A DNA stretch of 64,000 nt from the NCBI GenBank assembly GCA_051599415.1, contig AP039711.1:124001-188000 (forward strand), written 5' to 3'. The translations under genes and the position numbers were made by a program. This DNA is from Savitreella phatthalungensis (lineage: Eukaryota). Positions 20,385 to 30,664 of the stretch are shown here, piece after piece; position 1 is the stretch's first letter, and every line of letters starts with the position of its first letter. The notes under the pieces were generated by a model. That model saw only the letters and a list, made by a program, of their open reading frames with translations, had not been told where the DNA came from and made no database searches.

Positions 20385-21851
20385 ATGAACGGCACTGTAA
20401 GAACTTATCCAAGAGCTCCTTCACCACGTGCACATCAGACTGACTTTTCCATCCAGCGCCGTACGACGCGTAACGCCGTCGACCACGCCGTCCAGGCAGT
20501 CCATGGAGATGAGAATGCTCGGCCTAGCAGGTTGACAAGGGCAAAATCACACATGACATCCTCCACCGACGCAACTGTCAAGACGCTCTCGACGTCGACC
20601 ACATCCACAGGCTTAGCCGCAGCCGTCTCTGCGGATGTCGGCGTACCTAGAAAGCGAGCTGCCCTCGGAGACGTCAGTAACCACGCAGCCGCGGCAGGAG
20701 CAGCGACAGGTGCTCTCCAGACCAAGAAGGCCTCTGTATCCACACTCCCCGCTGCACGAACAACCATCCCATTGCGCAGCAAATCTACAAACACCAACAT
20801 CCCTACCGCAGCGAATGCCGCAGCCACACAGCAGAAGCGTAAGGTGACTGCCGTCAAGCTTCCTGCAGCACGAGAGCACAGTGTCGAGGTTGCTGAACCT
20901 CCGCTGAAGAAGCAGCAGGTCATTACAAGACAAGACCTTCACGCACCTGCAGCTCCTTCGCTCTCCACCGATGCACTCGACTACGATGACCTTGACGCAG
21001 AAGACGCAGAGGACCCGTTGATGGTCTCTGAATATGTTGTCGAGATCTTCAAATATCTACGGTACCAAGAAGGTCTGACGATGCCGGCAGCCAACTACAT
21101 GTCCCGTCAGAAGGACCTGCAGTGGAAGATGCGCGGCATTCTCGTCGACTGGTTGATCGAGGTTCACACAAAGTTCAGACTCTTGCCAGAAACGCTCTTC
21201 CTCGCCGTCAACATCATCGACCGATTCCTTTCGTTGCGCGTATGCTCTTTGCCGAAGCTCCAGCTTGTCGGTCTCACTGCTCTCTTCATTGCGGCCAAGT
21301 ACGAGGAGGTGATGTGTCCGTCCATCCAGAACTTCATCTACATGGCCGATGGCGGCTACACGGATGAAGAGATTCTCCAAGCGGAGCAGTATGTCCTTCA
21401 GACTCTCGATTTCAACCTCTCATACCCGAACCCGATGAACTTCCTCCGCCGCATCTCAAAGGCGGATGCGTACGACATCCAGGTCAGGACAGTGGCGAAG
21501 TACCTGCTGGAGATCTCCCTTGTCGACCACCGCTTCCTGCCCTTTCCACCGTCCCTCCTGTCGGCTGCGGGTATGTACCTAGCTCGTTACATGCTCGACC
21601 GCGGTGGCTGGGATGCAAACCTTCAGCACTACTCGGGCGGATACGCGGAGACGCAGCTCGTCGGTTGCGTCAAGCTGATGATCGACTACCTCCTTCAGCC
21701 AGTCCGTCACGACGCCTTCTTCAAGAAGTACGCTGCCAGGAAGTTCATCAAGGCTTCACTGTACGTGCGCGAGTGGGTGAAAAAGTCTGCAAACGCGCAT
21801 CTGTTTGACGACGTCCACGACGACAAGGAGTACGAGATCCTGGACGAATAA
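20385..21851 (+). CDS. B-type cyclin (Cdc13/Cig2/Clb family); probable intron 20397-20456
   Basis: Destruction box RAALGDVSN and cyclin box MRGILVDWLIEVH...LLPETLFLAVNIIDRFLS...FIAAKYEE. A 60-nt GTAAGA..CTGAC..CAG intron follows MNGT. The paralog cannot be assigned by eye. Confidence 0.96.
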   Translation: MNGTVRTYPRAPSPRAHQTDFSIQRRTTRNAVDHAVQAVHGDENARPSRLTRAKSHMTSSTDATVKTLSTSTTSTGLAAAVSADVGVPRKRAALGDVSNHAAAAGAATGALQTKKASVSTLPAARTTIPLRSKSTNTNIPTAANAAATQQKRKVTAVKLPAAREHSVEVAEPPLKKQQVITRQDLHAPAAPSLSTDALDYDDLDAEDAEDPLMVSEYVVEIFKYLRYQEGLTMPAANYMSRQKDLQWKMRGILVDWLIEVHTKFRLLPETLFLAVNIIDRFLSLRVCSLPKLQLVGLTALFIAAKYEEVMCPSIQNFIYMADGGYTDEEILQAEQYVLQTLDFNLSYPNPMNFLRRISKADAYDIQVRTVAKYLLEISLVDHRFLPFPPSLLSAAGMYLARYMLDRGGWDANLQHYSGGYAETQLVGCVKLMIDYLLQPVRHDAFFKKYAARKFIKASLYVREWVKKSANAHLFDDVHDDKEYEILDE

Positions 21852-22218
21852 ATGTCTAGATCGTCTCTATCTCCTTTCACGACCGTTCCTATCCCCAGTT
21901 CCCCACAGCGCTTGGCTTTGTAAATTAGACTCTTTCTCGTCGACGTCCCTTCCTCATCCAACTCACCAGCCTCAAATCACCCTATTACCCATCAAAACGA
22001 CCGACCTTCTTTCTCCACGCAACCACGCACGACCAATCGCTCGATCGTGGTCTTTTAGTCTAGCGACCTGCACAAGTCAAGCCAAGGTATCGAGTTCGAC
22101 TGAAGAAATTTTCGAATTGGTATTGGCTGCAGTAGTCTCAAAAAATGGCATTACCTTTTACCTTTACTATGTCTTGTACCATGTGCATGTGCATGTTCCG
22201 GAGCTATACGAGACGCTT

Positions 22219-22734
22219 CTACCACAATCCTGTTCTGTCGAGGACTGCGCCTACAACGCCACCGGTCGTTCCTGCGGCCAATTTCCACCATCCGTACAAG
22301 AATCCAAGCGGGAGTACCTGCGAGGCTGCATCGATTGGGAAAGCGTCATACTGTGCTGCGATTCTGACCTTGCCATCCTTCTTGCTCTTCTCGAGCTCTA
22401 GCACGGTGATGATCTTGAGCCGTCTGACCCGAAAGAGCGGCACGTACCTGATAGACAGCGACTCCTCCAAATCGATGACTGCGCGCTTCTCATCCTCACC
22501 AATCGTGATCGACAAAATCTTGATCTCCACATCCCGAGTCAAGTACTTGTACACACCGTACACTCGCTTCAACCGCTCCCGCGATCCTTCACCACTCGCC
22601 ACCACAGCCAGCGGGTGCACGAACGAAGGACGTTCCACAAAAAACCGATCGACCGTCGCCTTGTGGCTCACAGGATCGTCGTTCTCCGTCAGCGCAAGCA
22701 CGACCTCTCGCAACTCCTTTCTGACGTTCTCCAT
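22219..22734 (-). CDS. Fungal NTF2-like (SigF-like) small protein
   Basis: MENxxxEL...L...RFF....F.HPL...SR..L..VY..YK.L pattern, recalled from fungal NTF2-like hypothetical proteins; hydrophobic C-terminus. Confidence 0.65.
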   Translation of the reverse strand: MENVRKELREVVLALTENDDPVSHKATVDRFFVERPSFVHPLAVVASGEGSRERLKRVYGVYKYLTRDVEIKILSITIGEDEKRAVIDLEESLSIRYVPLFRVRRLKIITVLELEKSKKDGKVRIAAQYDAFPIDAASQVLPLGFLYGWWKLAAGTTGGVVGAVLDRTGLW

Positions 22735-23315
22735 CGTAGGTAGTGTAGTGTGGTGTAGTGTCGGGGGAGAATGAATACTTTCTTTTTTGACATGTGATCA
22801 ATTAAATCCAACTTGCTGTAGATGTGGATGCATAGCCGTCAATCGGTGACGCAACCACACACACACACATCTGCAGCACTCTCCTCATCGCCTCAAGTAC
22901 CTACAGTGGCTGGAATGGAAGTGATGCCGTGTGTGTAGACAGGGAGTGTCGTCGTCTGTGAGTGCTCCGGGAACCTGATGGTCGGGAAGCGTGATGACAC
23001 CATATTAAGGTCTGTGACCTGTCACTTCCGGGCGGGCAGGTCGGATGTTTCGTAGTGGCGTGAGGGCGCGTATCTCGCTGTTCCGTCGTCGGGCTCTGCG
23101 GCAGGAAGAGCCCGATGTACAGTTACCGTGGCCGAGATTACCGCTCGAGGTCTTTGTAGCCCATCGGAGAGCTCTATGTCGTGCATTCCGGTGTGACAAC
23201 CAGGCCGATCAGGCGGCAGATCGGCAGACGGAGGTGAAAAACAAAATACTCCGAACGTATACAAACGCTCATAAATTTATACCACCCTCGGTCTCTCCGG
23301 CCCTGCACCGTCCCG

Positions 23316-24554
23316 ATGCGATTCGGTCTCGGTTTCGGTGGTGGCTCGAAACCAGAACGACCGCTTGACCCTCCTGCGGCGAGTGACCCTTCGCGCCAGT
23401 GTACGTATCCTGTGGATGCTGGGTCTCTGCGTTGGGATCTGAAGCGTGGTGGGTTGACGACTCAGTACAAGGCTTTCTACTTCAGTTTTGGGGATGGAAG
23501 TGCTGGGTATGTGCAGTTTGCGTATGGGAATTTGGGTGTGCTGGTGAAGGTGTGTCCGATGGGTTTTACGTACTACCGTCCTGGGTGTCCGAGTATCGTC
23601 CTCTCACACACAGCTCACGCCTCCTCCCTCACACTCACAGACGACGGCAGATCCTACACCGCAGGCGCTCACGCCATCACCTACACCCACGACCCATCCA
23701 CAGACACGCACACCTGGCACGTCCGAGTGGACGACCCGTCTCTCAAGTACGATCTCGACTTCACATGCAAGGGGGATGCGTCGAGGGCTTTGGTGATGCA
23801 TGATTTCGGAAGGGATGCGGGTGAGACGTGGTTGACGCATCGGTTGATTCCGAGTGTTGGGGTGCGTGGGCGTGTGAGGGCGCATGGTGGCGATGCTGTG
23901 GAGGTTGTTGGGATGGGGGCGTACGTGGAGGCTTTGTTCACACACGTCAAGTTCACCGACATGTGCATCGACTTTGTGAATGTGCAGGTGCGAGGGGATG
24001 CTGAGGATGAGTTCCTCATGTGTATGGGGTATGTCCCGCGCGCGGGTACCCGCAGGGATGGACCGAGGATCGCTCATGGGTTTTACGCAAGGGACGGCAT
24101 CGTCAGGGCAGTCGCATTCGATCGCATGTTCATCGATCCAAACCCACCTACACCGGCACATGACACGACTGACCCAGCGGCACTCTTCGACACGGTCAAC
24201 ACACAAGGTCGACCGCCTTCCGCACCGCACACCCACGCCGATAGCGGATACCTGCTACCTTCTAGCGCGCGGTATGTGTGGGATGGTCGGATGATTGGGG
24301 GCGAGGGTCGATTTCGGGCGGTGTTGAATGTATCGCTTGAGAAGGAGCCAACATCGACGACGGATGTCCTTGGGATTTTTCCAAAGTTCGTCAAGGATAT
24401 CGTGGCTGTGTGGGCAGGGTCGCCATACGTCTTCTGCTGGCGTGTCAATGGCGCCACTGCATACATCCAGGAGGGCGATTCAGATAGTCCTGTCAGGAAG
24501 ATCCAGGGCACTGCCAACGTCGAACTCACCAACGTCCACCGCACAAAGGAATGA
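23316..24554 (+). CDS. Svf1-like (survival factor 1, lipocalin-like fold) protein
   Basis: T+..FYF..G..GYVQ.AY.N.G N-terminal segment and SGY.LP....Y.W.G...DVL...PKFVK.IV...AG.PY+F.W C-terminal segment resemble Svf1; divergent. Confidence 0.7.
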   Translation: MRFGLGFGGGSKPERPLDPPAASDPSRQCTYPVDAGSLRWDLKRGGLTTQYKAFYFSFGDGSAGYVQFAYGNLGVLVKVCPMGFTYYRPGCPSIVLSHTAHASSLTLTDDGRSYTAGAHAITYTHDPSTDTHTWHVRVDDPSLKYDLDFTCKGDASRALVMHDFGRDAGETWLTHRLIPSVGVRGRVRAHGGDAVEVVGMGAYVEALFTHVKFTDMCIDFVNVQVRGDAEDEFLMCMGYVPRAGTRRDGPRIAHGFYARDGIVRAVAFDRMFIDPNPPTPAHDTTDPAALFDTVNTQGRPPSAPHTHADSGYLLPSSARYVWDGRMIGGEGRFRAVLNVSLEKEPTSTTDVLGIFPKFVKDIVAVWAGSPYVFCWRVNGATAYIQEGDSDSPVRKIQGTANVELTNVHRTKE

Positions 24555-24693
24555 TGCTAGAAGATGATAGAGAGATGCACGGAGCAGAGACTCTCAGGTC
24601 TCTTTCACGGCAGTGTAATGGCAATGAATCGAGCGAGAGATGCAATTTGATTCGTGGGAGTGAAGGGCTTTACAACTAAAAGGAAGCTGATCT

Positions 24694-27513
24694 TTAGTCT
24701 TCGAAATAGTTTGGATTCTTCTTGACGATGACAACACCCTCGAGAACGTTTGTCGCAGGGAGGTATTCGTCAGTGGCGAGTTCTGCGCGGTGCTCGTAGT
24801 TCAGGAGGACTGGTGTGGTTTGAGTGACCCATCCTGTGATCTTCCGTGGTTTTCCTGGACCGAATGAGTCGACAGCTTGACCCACGCGAACCGTCACAGG
24901 GACTGCGTCACCCTTCTCGTCTACCGTGATCAGCATCCGCGGTCGGAGTGCGGGAGTCATGAGGAACAGCAGCCAGTGTGCGTCCGCGAGAACGGTACGC
25001 TTTGCGTCGAGGAAGGCAATGAGGACAGTGACGAGACCTGCGAGCGCAGTCTTGGAGAAGATCGACCGGTCGAAGTGGAATGGGTTGAGTGACATCGTGC
25101 CCTTGCCGAGGTGGAGAAGTCCCTGTGCGAGGCGGACGACAAATAGTGTGTTGGGCTCCTTGGCGTAGTAGGATGCGAGCGAGCGAAGAAGCTGTGCTAG
25201 ACGGGCGTTGTTGGTACCTGCGCCGACAAGACCCATGGCGAATATGGCGTTGACGGCAACGTCGAGATCGGCGTCGTGGGAGTACCGCGATAGCGTCTCG
25301 AACACTTTCATCTGAGGATTCGATGCAGACAGAAGTCCGAGGGCGAGAGGGACGGCCTTGCGGATGATCGGATCGCCGTAGTGCATCAGGTGACCGAATT
25401 GTCTCAATGCCATCTCCGTGCCGATGTCCTCCCCCATTGCGATTGCCGCAATACCTATTGTGGCGAAAGCCTGGAAGAGGTTGTCGGGCTCGGTGGGGGC
25501 AGGCGTGTCTGGCTGCGCGTCGTCTTCCTCCATTGCGCCATCGGCATTCTCATCAGCTGCGGGCTCCGGTACGGTCAGATGCTCGGCTGTGAGGTGGAGC
25601 ATCCGCTGGACCTTGAGCACGTTGCCGGTACCGGCGTACGCGAGCATATCGAGCAGAACCTCTGCGTGTTTTGCCAGTGGGTTCTCGATCGCTTTCAGGG
25701 TCTCGATTGCAGCGTCTGCCTCCTCCTGCTTCCCCACAAACAGGAGCGCGAGACCGAGGACCATGAAGGGCGCCCACTTGTCACCCACAAGCTGCTTCTC
25801 GTCGCGTTCCATCAAGGTCTGAAGGACGGCTGATGCAACATCTCCGTTGCATGAGCCAACAAAGACGAGACCGAGCGAGAGGGCGGCGAGCGAGCTTACC
25901 TCCATGCTGACATCCGTGTCGCCTACGAGCTCAAGCAGGAGGTCTTGGATATCCTGCCTGTTCGAGCCTGCGTAAGCGAGACCGAGACCGATGATCGCGC
26001 TTGTGCGCAGCTTCGGATTGGATCCTGCTGCCTCCTCCGACAGAAGCGCAATCGCTGGGTCGCCCTCGTGGTGAACGCCGTTATTCATGACTCCGACGCC
26101 CAAGAGCGCGCCGGCCTTGATGTGCTCGTCCTCAGCATAGAAGTACTTGTCGATCAACGACAGACCGTTGTCGACGTCCCACAGACTGAGCAGGCCGATC
26201 GAGGCTGTCGCGGACGCTTGCCCGGCGTCTTTGTTCTTGTACACAAAGCTAGAGCGCTCATCGTCGACAAGGATCATCTTGTCTGTGCCGTAGCCAGCAT
26301 TGACAAAGCCGTTGACGAAGGTGGCTGCGAGGTTCTGCTTGGCAGAGTCGACGCCACCAGTCGAGAAGACTGATCGCGATGGCTCCAGATGCGATTTGTA
26401 GATGTCCTCTGTTGTGCGGGGATCTGCGAGAGAGAGGTCTGTGGTGGCTGCCTTGAAGTACTCGCTTAGTCTAGCGTTGCGTAATGCCTCGGTCAGTGCT
26501 GTCGTCTCTTCATCGTCGTTGTCAATGCTCTCGTCCGCGTCATCATCGTGCAGCCAGATACCCTGCTGGGCGAGCATGAAGGCCAACTGCTTTTTCGTGT
26601 CTGGTCTATCGCATTCTGTCAGCGTCTCACGCATCAGACTTTCCTGGTCGAGGCGAATGGCGAGCAGCATGGCGGATGGCCATTGTCTTTGTTTGCGATA
26701 GATACGATGGGCGGTCTCGAGGAAGATGACGTCGTCCGGTGGTGCAAGCAGGCTGACGCAGTTCGTCATGTACAGGCAGACCTTCGACCAGGTGTTTTCG
26801 TCAACGAATTCGACCAGCATGTCGACGGCCTCCATCTCGAGCACGAGATCGACGGCGTCTGCCTCTGCATTGTGGCTGAGAAAGAACGGAACGAGTTTAC
26901 TCGCAAGGGCGAGGAGGTCTGCTGTATCCTGTTCCTTCTCTATCCTATCTGCGCGCTCTTCACCGATCTCTGTAGCGAGGTGACGGACGTATTCGTGGCC
27001 CCACGTGCCTGGATCCTCGTCCGGTCGCGCGAGTCTATACCGAAGGCAGTCGCGCTTGCTGTCTGCGTAGGTCATGGCGAGGACGGAAAGAACGTCTCCG
27101 AGGTTTCCGCGGACTGTTGCGAGGTCCGGCTGTTTCTGCCAATCATCGTAGACTGTCTGAAGGCTCTGGTAGTGTGGTCTGAGGAACTTGAGTGGCTTTG
27201 GCACTGCTGTCATAGAGGATGTGCTGGTACGGATATGTGTGCCAAGCTGGTCGATTGCTGGCTGGTAAAGAGAGGTGTCGATCTCCTTCAAGCGTTCGAC
27301 CAGCATCTCTAGATCTGTCTTGAGGGCTAGATCTTCCTCTGAAAGTTCTGGCTCATCAGTAGCCTTCTTCTTCGATTTGCCGTCTGCCGCCGTTGTGCCG
27401 TTCGTGGTTCCCTTCTTCTGAGGCTTGTCAGAAACTGTGTTAGGAGCGTTCGTAGAGCCATTCGTGTCGCCGCTGTTGTTGTTGCTGTCCTGCATCTCCG
27501 TGTCCTTACTCAT
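24694..27513 (-). CDS. RPN1: 26S proteasome regulatory subunit Rpn1
   Basis: STSSMTAVPKPLKFLRPHY, WGHEYVRHLA, DSAKQNLAATFVNGFVNAG, GAGTNNARLAQLLR, VRVGQAVD. Confidence 0.98.
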   Translation of the reverse strand: MSKDTEMQDSNNNSGDTNGSTNAPNTVSDKPQKKGTTNGTTAADGKSKKKATDEPELSEEDLALKTDLEMLVERLKEIDTSLYQPAIDQLGTHIRTSTSSMTAVPKPLKFLRPHYQSLQTVYDDWQKQPDLATVRGNLGDVLSVLAMTYADSKRDCLRYRLARPDEDPGTWGHEYVRHLATEIGEERADRIEKEQDTADLLALASKLVPFFLSHNAEADAVDLVLEMEAVDMLVEFVDENTWSKVCLYMTNCVSLLAPPDDVIFLETAHRIYRKQRQWPSAMLLAIRLDQESLMRETLTECDRPDTKKQLAFMLAQQGIWLHDDDADESIDNDDEETTALTEALRNARLSEYFKAATTDLSLADPRTTEDIYKSHLEPSRSVFSTGGVDSAKQNLAATFVNGFVNAGYGTDKMILVDDERSSFVYKNKDAGQASATASIGLLSLWDVDNGLSLIDKYFYAEDEHIKAGALLGVGVMNNGVHHEGDPAIALLSEEAAGSNPKLRTSAIIGLGLAYAGSNRQDIQDLLLELVGDTDVSMEVSSLAALSLGLVFVGSCNGDVASAVLQTLMERDEKQLVGDKWAPFMVLGLALLFVGKQEEADAAIETLKAIENPLAKHAEVLLDMLAYAGTGNVLKVQRMLHLTAEHLTVPEPAADENADGAMEEDDAQPDTPAPTEPDNLFQAFATIGIAAIAMGEDIGTEMALRQFGHLMHYGDPIIRKAVPLALGLLSASNPQMKVFETLSRYSHDADLDVAVNAIFAMGLVGAGTNNARLAQLLRSLASYYAKEPNTLFVVRLAQGLLHLGKGTMSLNPFHFDRSIFSKTALAGLVTVLIAFLDAKRTVLADAHWLLFLMTPALRPRMLITVDEKGDAVPVTVRVGQAVDSFGPGKPRKITGWVTQTTPVLLNYEHRAELATDEYLPATNVLEGVVIVKKNPNYFED

Positions 27514-28135
27514 GGTGAAGGGAGGCGATGTAGCTGTGAATGTAGATGTGGATCTGTACTGAGGCTGACTTGCAGCGTTGGCTTATTTGCAGCGTTGGTG
27601 GGTGAGGCAGTATTCCGCCTGGCTGGAGCTGAAGTGCTTGTTGCGGAGTCAGAGACTATGGAGAGTCAGATGGAGGAAGAGCAGTCTAGTTCTGCTGTCA
27701 CTTGGGACCTCTTGGCGAGTCGGGTATGTCACCGGCTGTCCTGGATCCTTGCTGACTCACTGGAAGGCTGACTAGCTGATCAAATGACCCACCTGCAGTC
27801 CTGATGAGACAATAGAGACTCCTATCGAAGGTAAGGTCGATGATGTGTGTTTGCAGAGGGGTGTGTGTGAGTATGCGCGTATACGTACGTGTGTATGGGT
27901 TGACGCGCAGACTGAGAATTAACTGACTGCATCTGTGCTGCATACGCAATCAATCCATTCATCAATCTCCAATAAATACACGTGCAAGTGATCATTTCAT
28001 CCATCTATACAGTGACAGTATCCTCACACCACATCGATAGACAAAGTCATCACGTACACAGACTCACAAGACAAAAGCGAGTCAACAAGAACAATAGCTC
28101 AGAGACGAATCCTTTCTGAAGATTCATTGAACATC

Positions 28136-28433
28136 ATGGCAGTCGCTGCTTCGCTCAGAGTAATCAGGGAAATGCTTGCGAGTATCAGAGTCAAGGATAC
28201 CTTCCTGGTCCTCTGCTTCACCATCGCCATCATCGGCTGCACAATGCTCCTTATCGTACGTTTACCCCAACGATAGATATCCTTTCATGTGAAGGTGGCA
28301 TAGACTGACAAGAGTACAACAGAGCGGTGAAGGAAATGCGGGACAGACACATCATCTCGGAGACGAAGCGCAAGAACACCACCATCGACGTGCTCTACTT
28401 GCTCGTGCGCCATTTCTATCTGGCGACTGGTGA
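28136..28433 (+). CDS. Small single-pass membrane protein, 76 aa, 2 exons (28136-28255, 28323-28433)
   Basis: Intron 28256-28322 GTACGT..ACTGAC..CAG. Product is MAVAASLRVIREMLASIRVKDTFLVLCFTIAIIGCTMLLISGEGNAGQTHHLGDEAQEHHHRRALLARAPFLSGDW*. ATG context CATCATGG. Absent from the ORF track. Confidence 0.6.
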
Positions 28434-29492
28434 GCGAGAAAATTGTGTTTCGCCATGACGAGAACGAGGACCTAATGACGACGATGATGATTAACGACGT
28501 GCTTTGGAAATGCTGATAATGCATGTCCGTGAGTCATGCTCAGTGCATGACTGAGACACAGAATGCACGCCAGGTCAAGCGAGCATACCCCGGAGCAGCG
28601 ATGATTATTGGCGAGTCTATAAACTTCTCACTTCTGCACGAATACCACGATCGTCGAATGCAGAGTGCAGAGCGCCTCTGATGCGTTGCGCTCAGCATGG
28701 CTTCGCCCCATCATTTCGAGCAATCAGGAATTCAGGCGAGCTCTTTACCATTGGCGTCTTTTCAAGGATCCTGCGGGAGCCAGTCACTCCTGCCTCTTCA
28801 AAAGGAATTGATTTCAGTCAAGACATTTAGCTAACGTCGAGCTCGATTGATCTCTCCGGCGGTTTGGGTCTTGCACTGCACCTTGAATAAAGGTGGCGTC
28901 AGTTTGCCAGGACAATTCAAGGGCTTCTCCTCTGCCAACTGTCTTTTCAAGCTGTCATAGCTGCAATTGGATGCCTTGTGTGAGACCGTCTCCCTCGGGT
29001 GTATGAGTTGAGCTGAATCGCCCATTGAACGAGAGAAATTCTTAGGTAACAACATGGTCACTCAGCAACATAATATCGACATTGGATGATACTATGATCG
29101 TGAAAGTGATCGAGCGTAACAGATAATGAGCTTAGATTGAATCTAGACTTAAGCTACTTCTATGTGCAAGAGACGAAGACTGACTGGCCACTTTTCCAGA
29201 CACTCCGTTGACTCGTTAGGCCCTACCATTCAATGGATGTCGTTGGTGAGGTGAATACGCTGAATGGAATTCTTGATAGGAATGATATGTGGATGAATGG
29301 TGAATTCTGTGATGGAGCAGCGTCACTGTTCAGTTGATCGAATCTATTCAGTACACGTGAATAGATCCAATACAACAGCACGTCATCAACAGCCTACTTC
29401 ATCAGCCATCAACTCTTGGATCTCAACTCTTCCTCTCTTCATCCACTCGGTTCAGCTGCATTTCGGCCGGGACTAGATACATCTTCACTACG

Positions 29493-30401
29493 ATGAGCGC
29501 GAACTCAGACAAGGATTCAGTGGACTTGCTGATTCTCGGCGCAGGATGGACAAGTACATTCTTGATTCCTCTTTTGAAGGAAGAGCGTGTGAGCTTTGCT
29601 GCCACCACCACTACCGGACATGACAACACAATCTCGTGGCGATTTGATCCTGACGAAGTCGGTCACGATTCATACAAGCTTCTCCCTCGTGCTCAAACCG
29701 TCCTTGTCACTTTCCCGCTCAAGGGCACCGGCCAGAGCAGGAAACTCATCGAGTCATACAACGCTGTTCATGGGCAAGCCTTCGTGAGCGGTCGATCTGA
29801 TGAGATCCACTTTATCCAGCTTGGCAGTACTGGAATCTGGGGAGGCGGTCCGACATCTCGTGCCTCTCAGTCTTCAGATTTCAAGAATGAGGAGACCTGG
29901 GTGACAAGACACTCGCCTTACAATCGGGAGGATCTTCGAGCGATCGCAGAAGACGAATTCAAGTCGCTCGGCGGCGTCATTCTCAACCTCTCGGGACTCT
30001 GGGGAGGTCCTCGCCAGCCGAGAAACTTTGTCTCTCGAGTTGCAGGATCGAAGGAGCAGTTGGCTGGCAAATCGTCACTGCACATGATCCACGGCCGCGA
30101 TGTCTCACGCGGTGTTCTTGCAGTCCACAGGAAGTGGCCTGGCGCAAGTCGTTGGCTGCTCACCGACACGTTCGTCTATGATTGGTGGGCGCTCGCGATC
30201 GGCTGGGGCGACGGTGGAACGGGGACACTGGCCAGCGGGGACACAGACGTCCAGGGCAAGCAGGCACAGTGGGTGCTCGAGCTCATGAAGGAGCAAAATG
30301 TCAGAGCACTCCCGCGCCCACCAGAAACTCTGACACGCGCACTCGATAGCACAGAGTTCTGGCACACCTTTGGCATCTGGCCTGTCAGAGCTAGAATCTG
30401 A
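29493..30401 (+). CDS. NAD(P)-binding Rossmann-fold protein (atypical SDR-like, conserved fungal hypothetical)
   Basis: LLILGAGWTSTFLIPLL nucleotide-binding start, FIQLGSTGIW, LNLSGLWGG, HMIHGRDV. Confidence 0.8.
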   Translation: MSANSDKDSVDLLILGAGWTSTFLIPLLKEERVSFAATTTTGHDNTISWRFDPDEVGHDSYKLLPRAQTVLVTFPLKGTGQSRKLIESYNAVHGQAFVSGRSDEIHFIQLGSTGIWGGGPTSRASQSSDFKNEETWVTRHSPYNREDLRAIAEDEFKSLGGVILNLSGLWGGPRQPRNFVSRVAGSKEQLAGKSSLHMIHGRDVSRGVLAVHRKWPGASRWLLTDTFVYDWWALAIGWGDGGTGTLASGDTDVQGKQAQWVLELMKEQNVRALPRPPETLTRALDSTEFWHTFGIWPVRARI

Positions 30402-30664
30402 TCGATGGCTCAATTCGAGCGAAGGTATACCAAAGACACCCTAAATCTTCTTTAATGGCATGATGTGTGACGTCTCTAGTCTCCCCCAAATCTCCGTTGT
30501 CCTTGTGAATCTGACCTTTGGCCGCGTAACTGTCTACTTATTGACATGTTGATACGTGCATGTGCATCTGACAGGGAGCTGATAATGACGAGCTAAAAAT
30601 AGATTTCCGTCCCCAGGTACAGGGCAACTACGACATCACTTACCCTCCCAACCCGCGAAAGGCA

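Noticed and set aside
23045..23368. 107-aa ORF with an Arg-rich, presequence-like start overlapping the Svf1-like ATG
   Set aside because: No recognisable domain; it lies in a divergent promoter and overlaps the real gene out of frame.
28484..28554. Possible C/D box snoRNA (ATGATGA ... CTGA ... CTGA)
   Set aside because: No terminal stem and no guide complementary to rRNA that I can recognise; more likely the 3' UTR of the 28136-28433 gene.
28831..29061. 76-aa minus-strand ORF in the RPN1/Rossmann spacer
   Set aside because: No motif, splice signal or compositional support for coding.
29342..29366. 9-bp inverted repeat ATCTATTCA-N7-TGAATAGAT
   Set aside because: A single short hairpin of this size is expected by chance in 64 kb.
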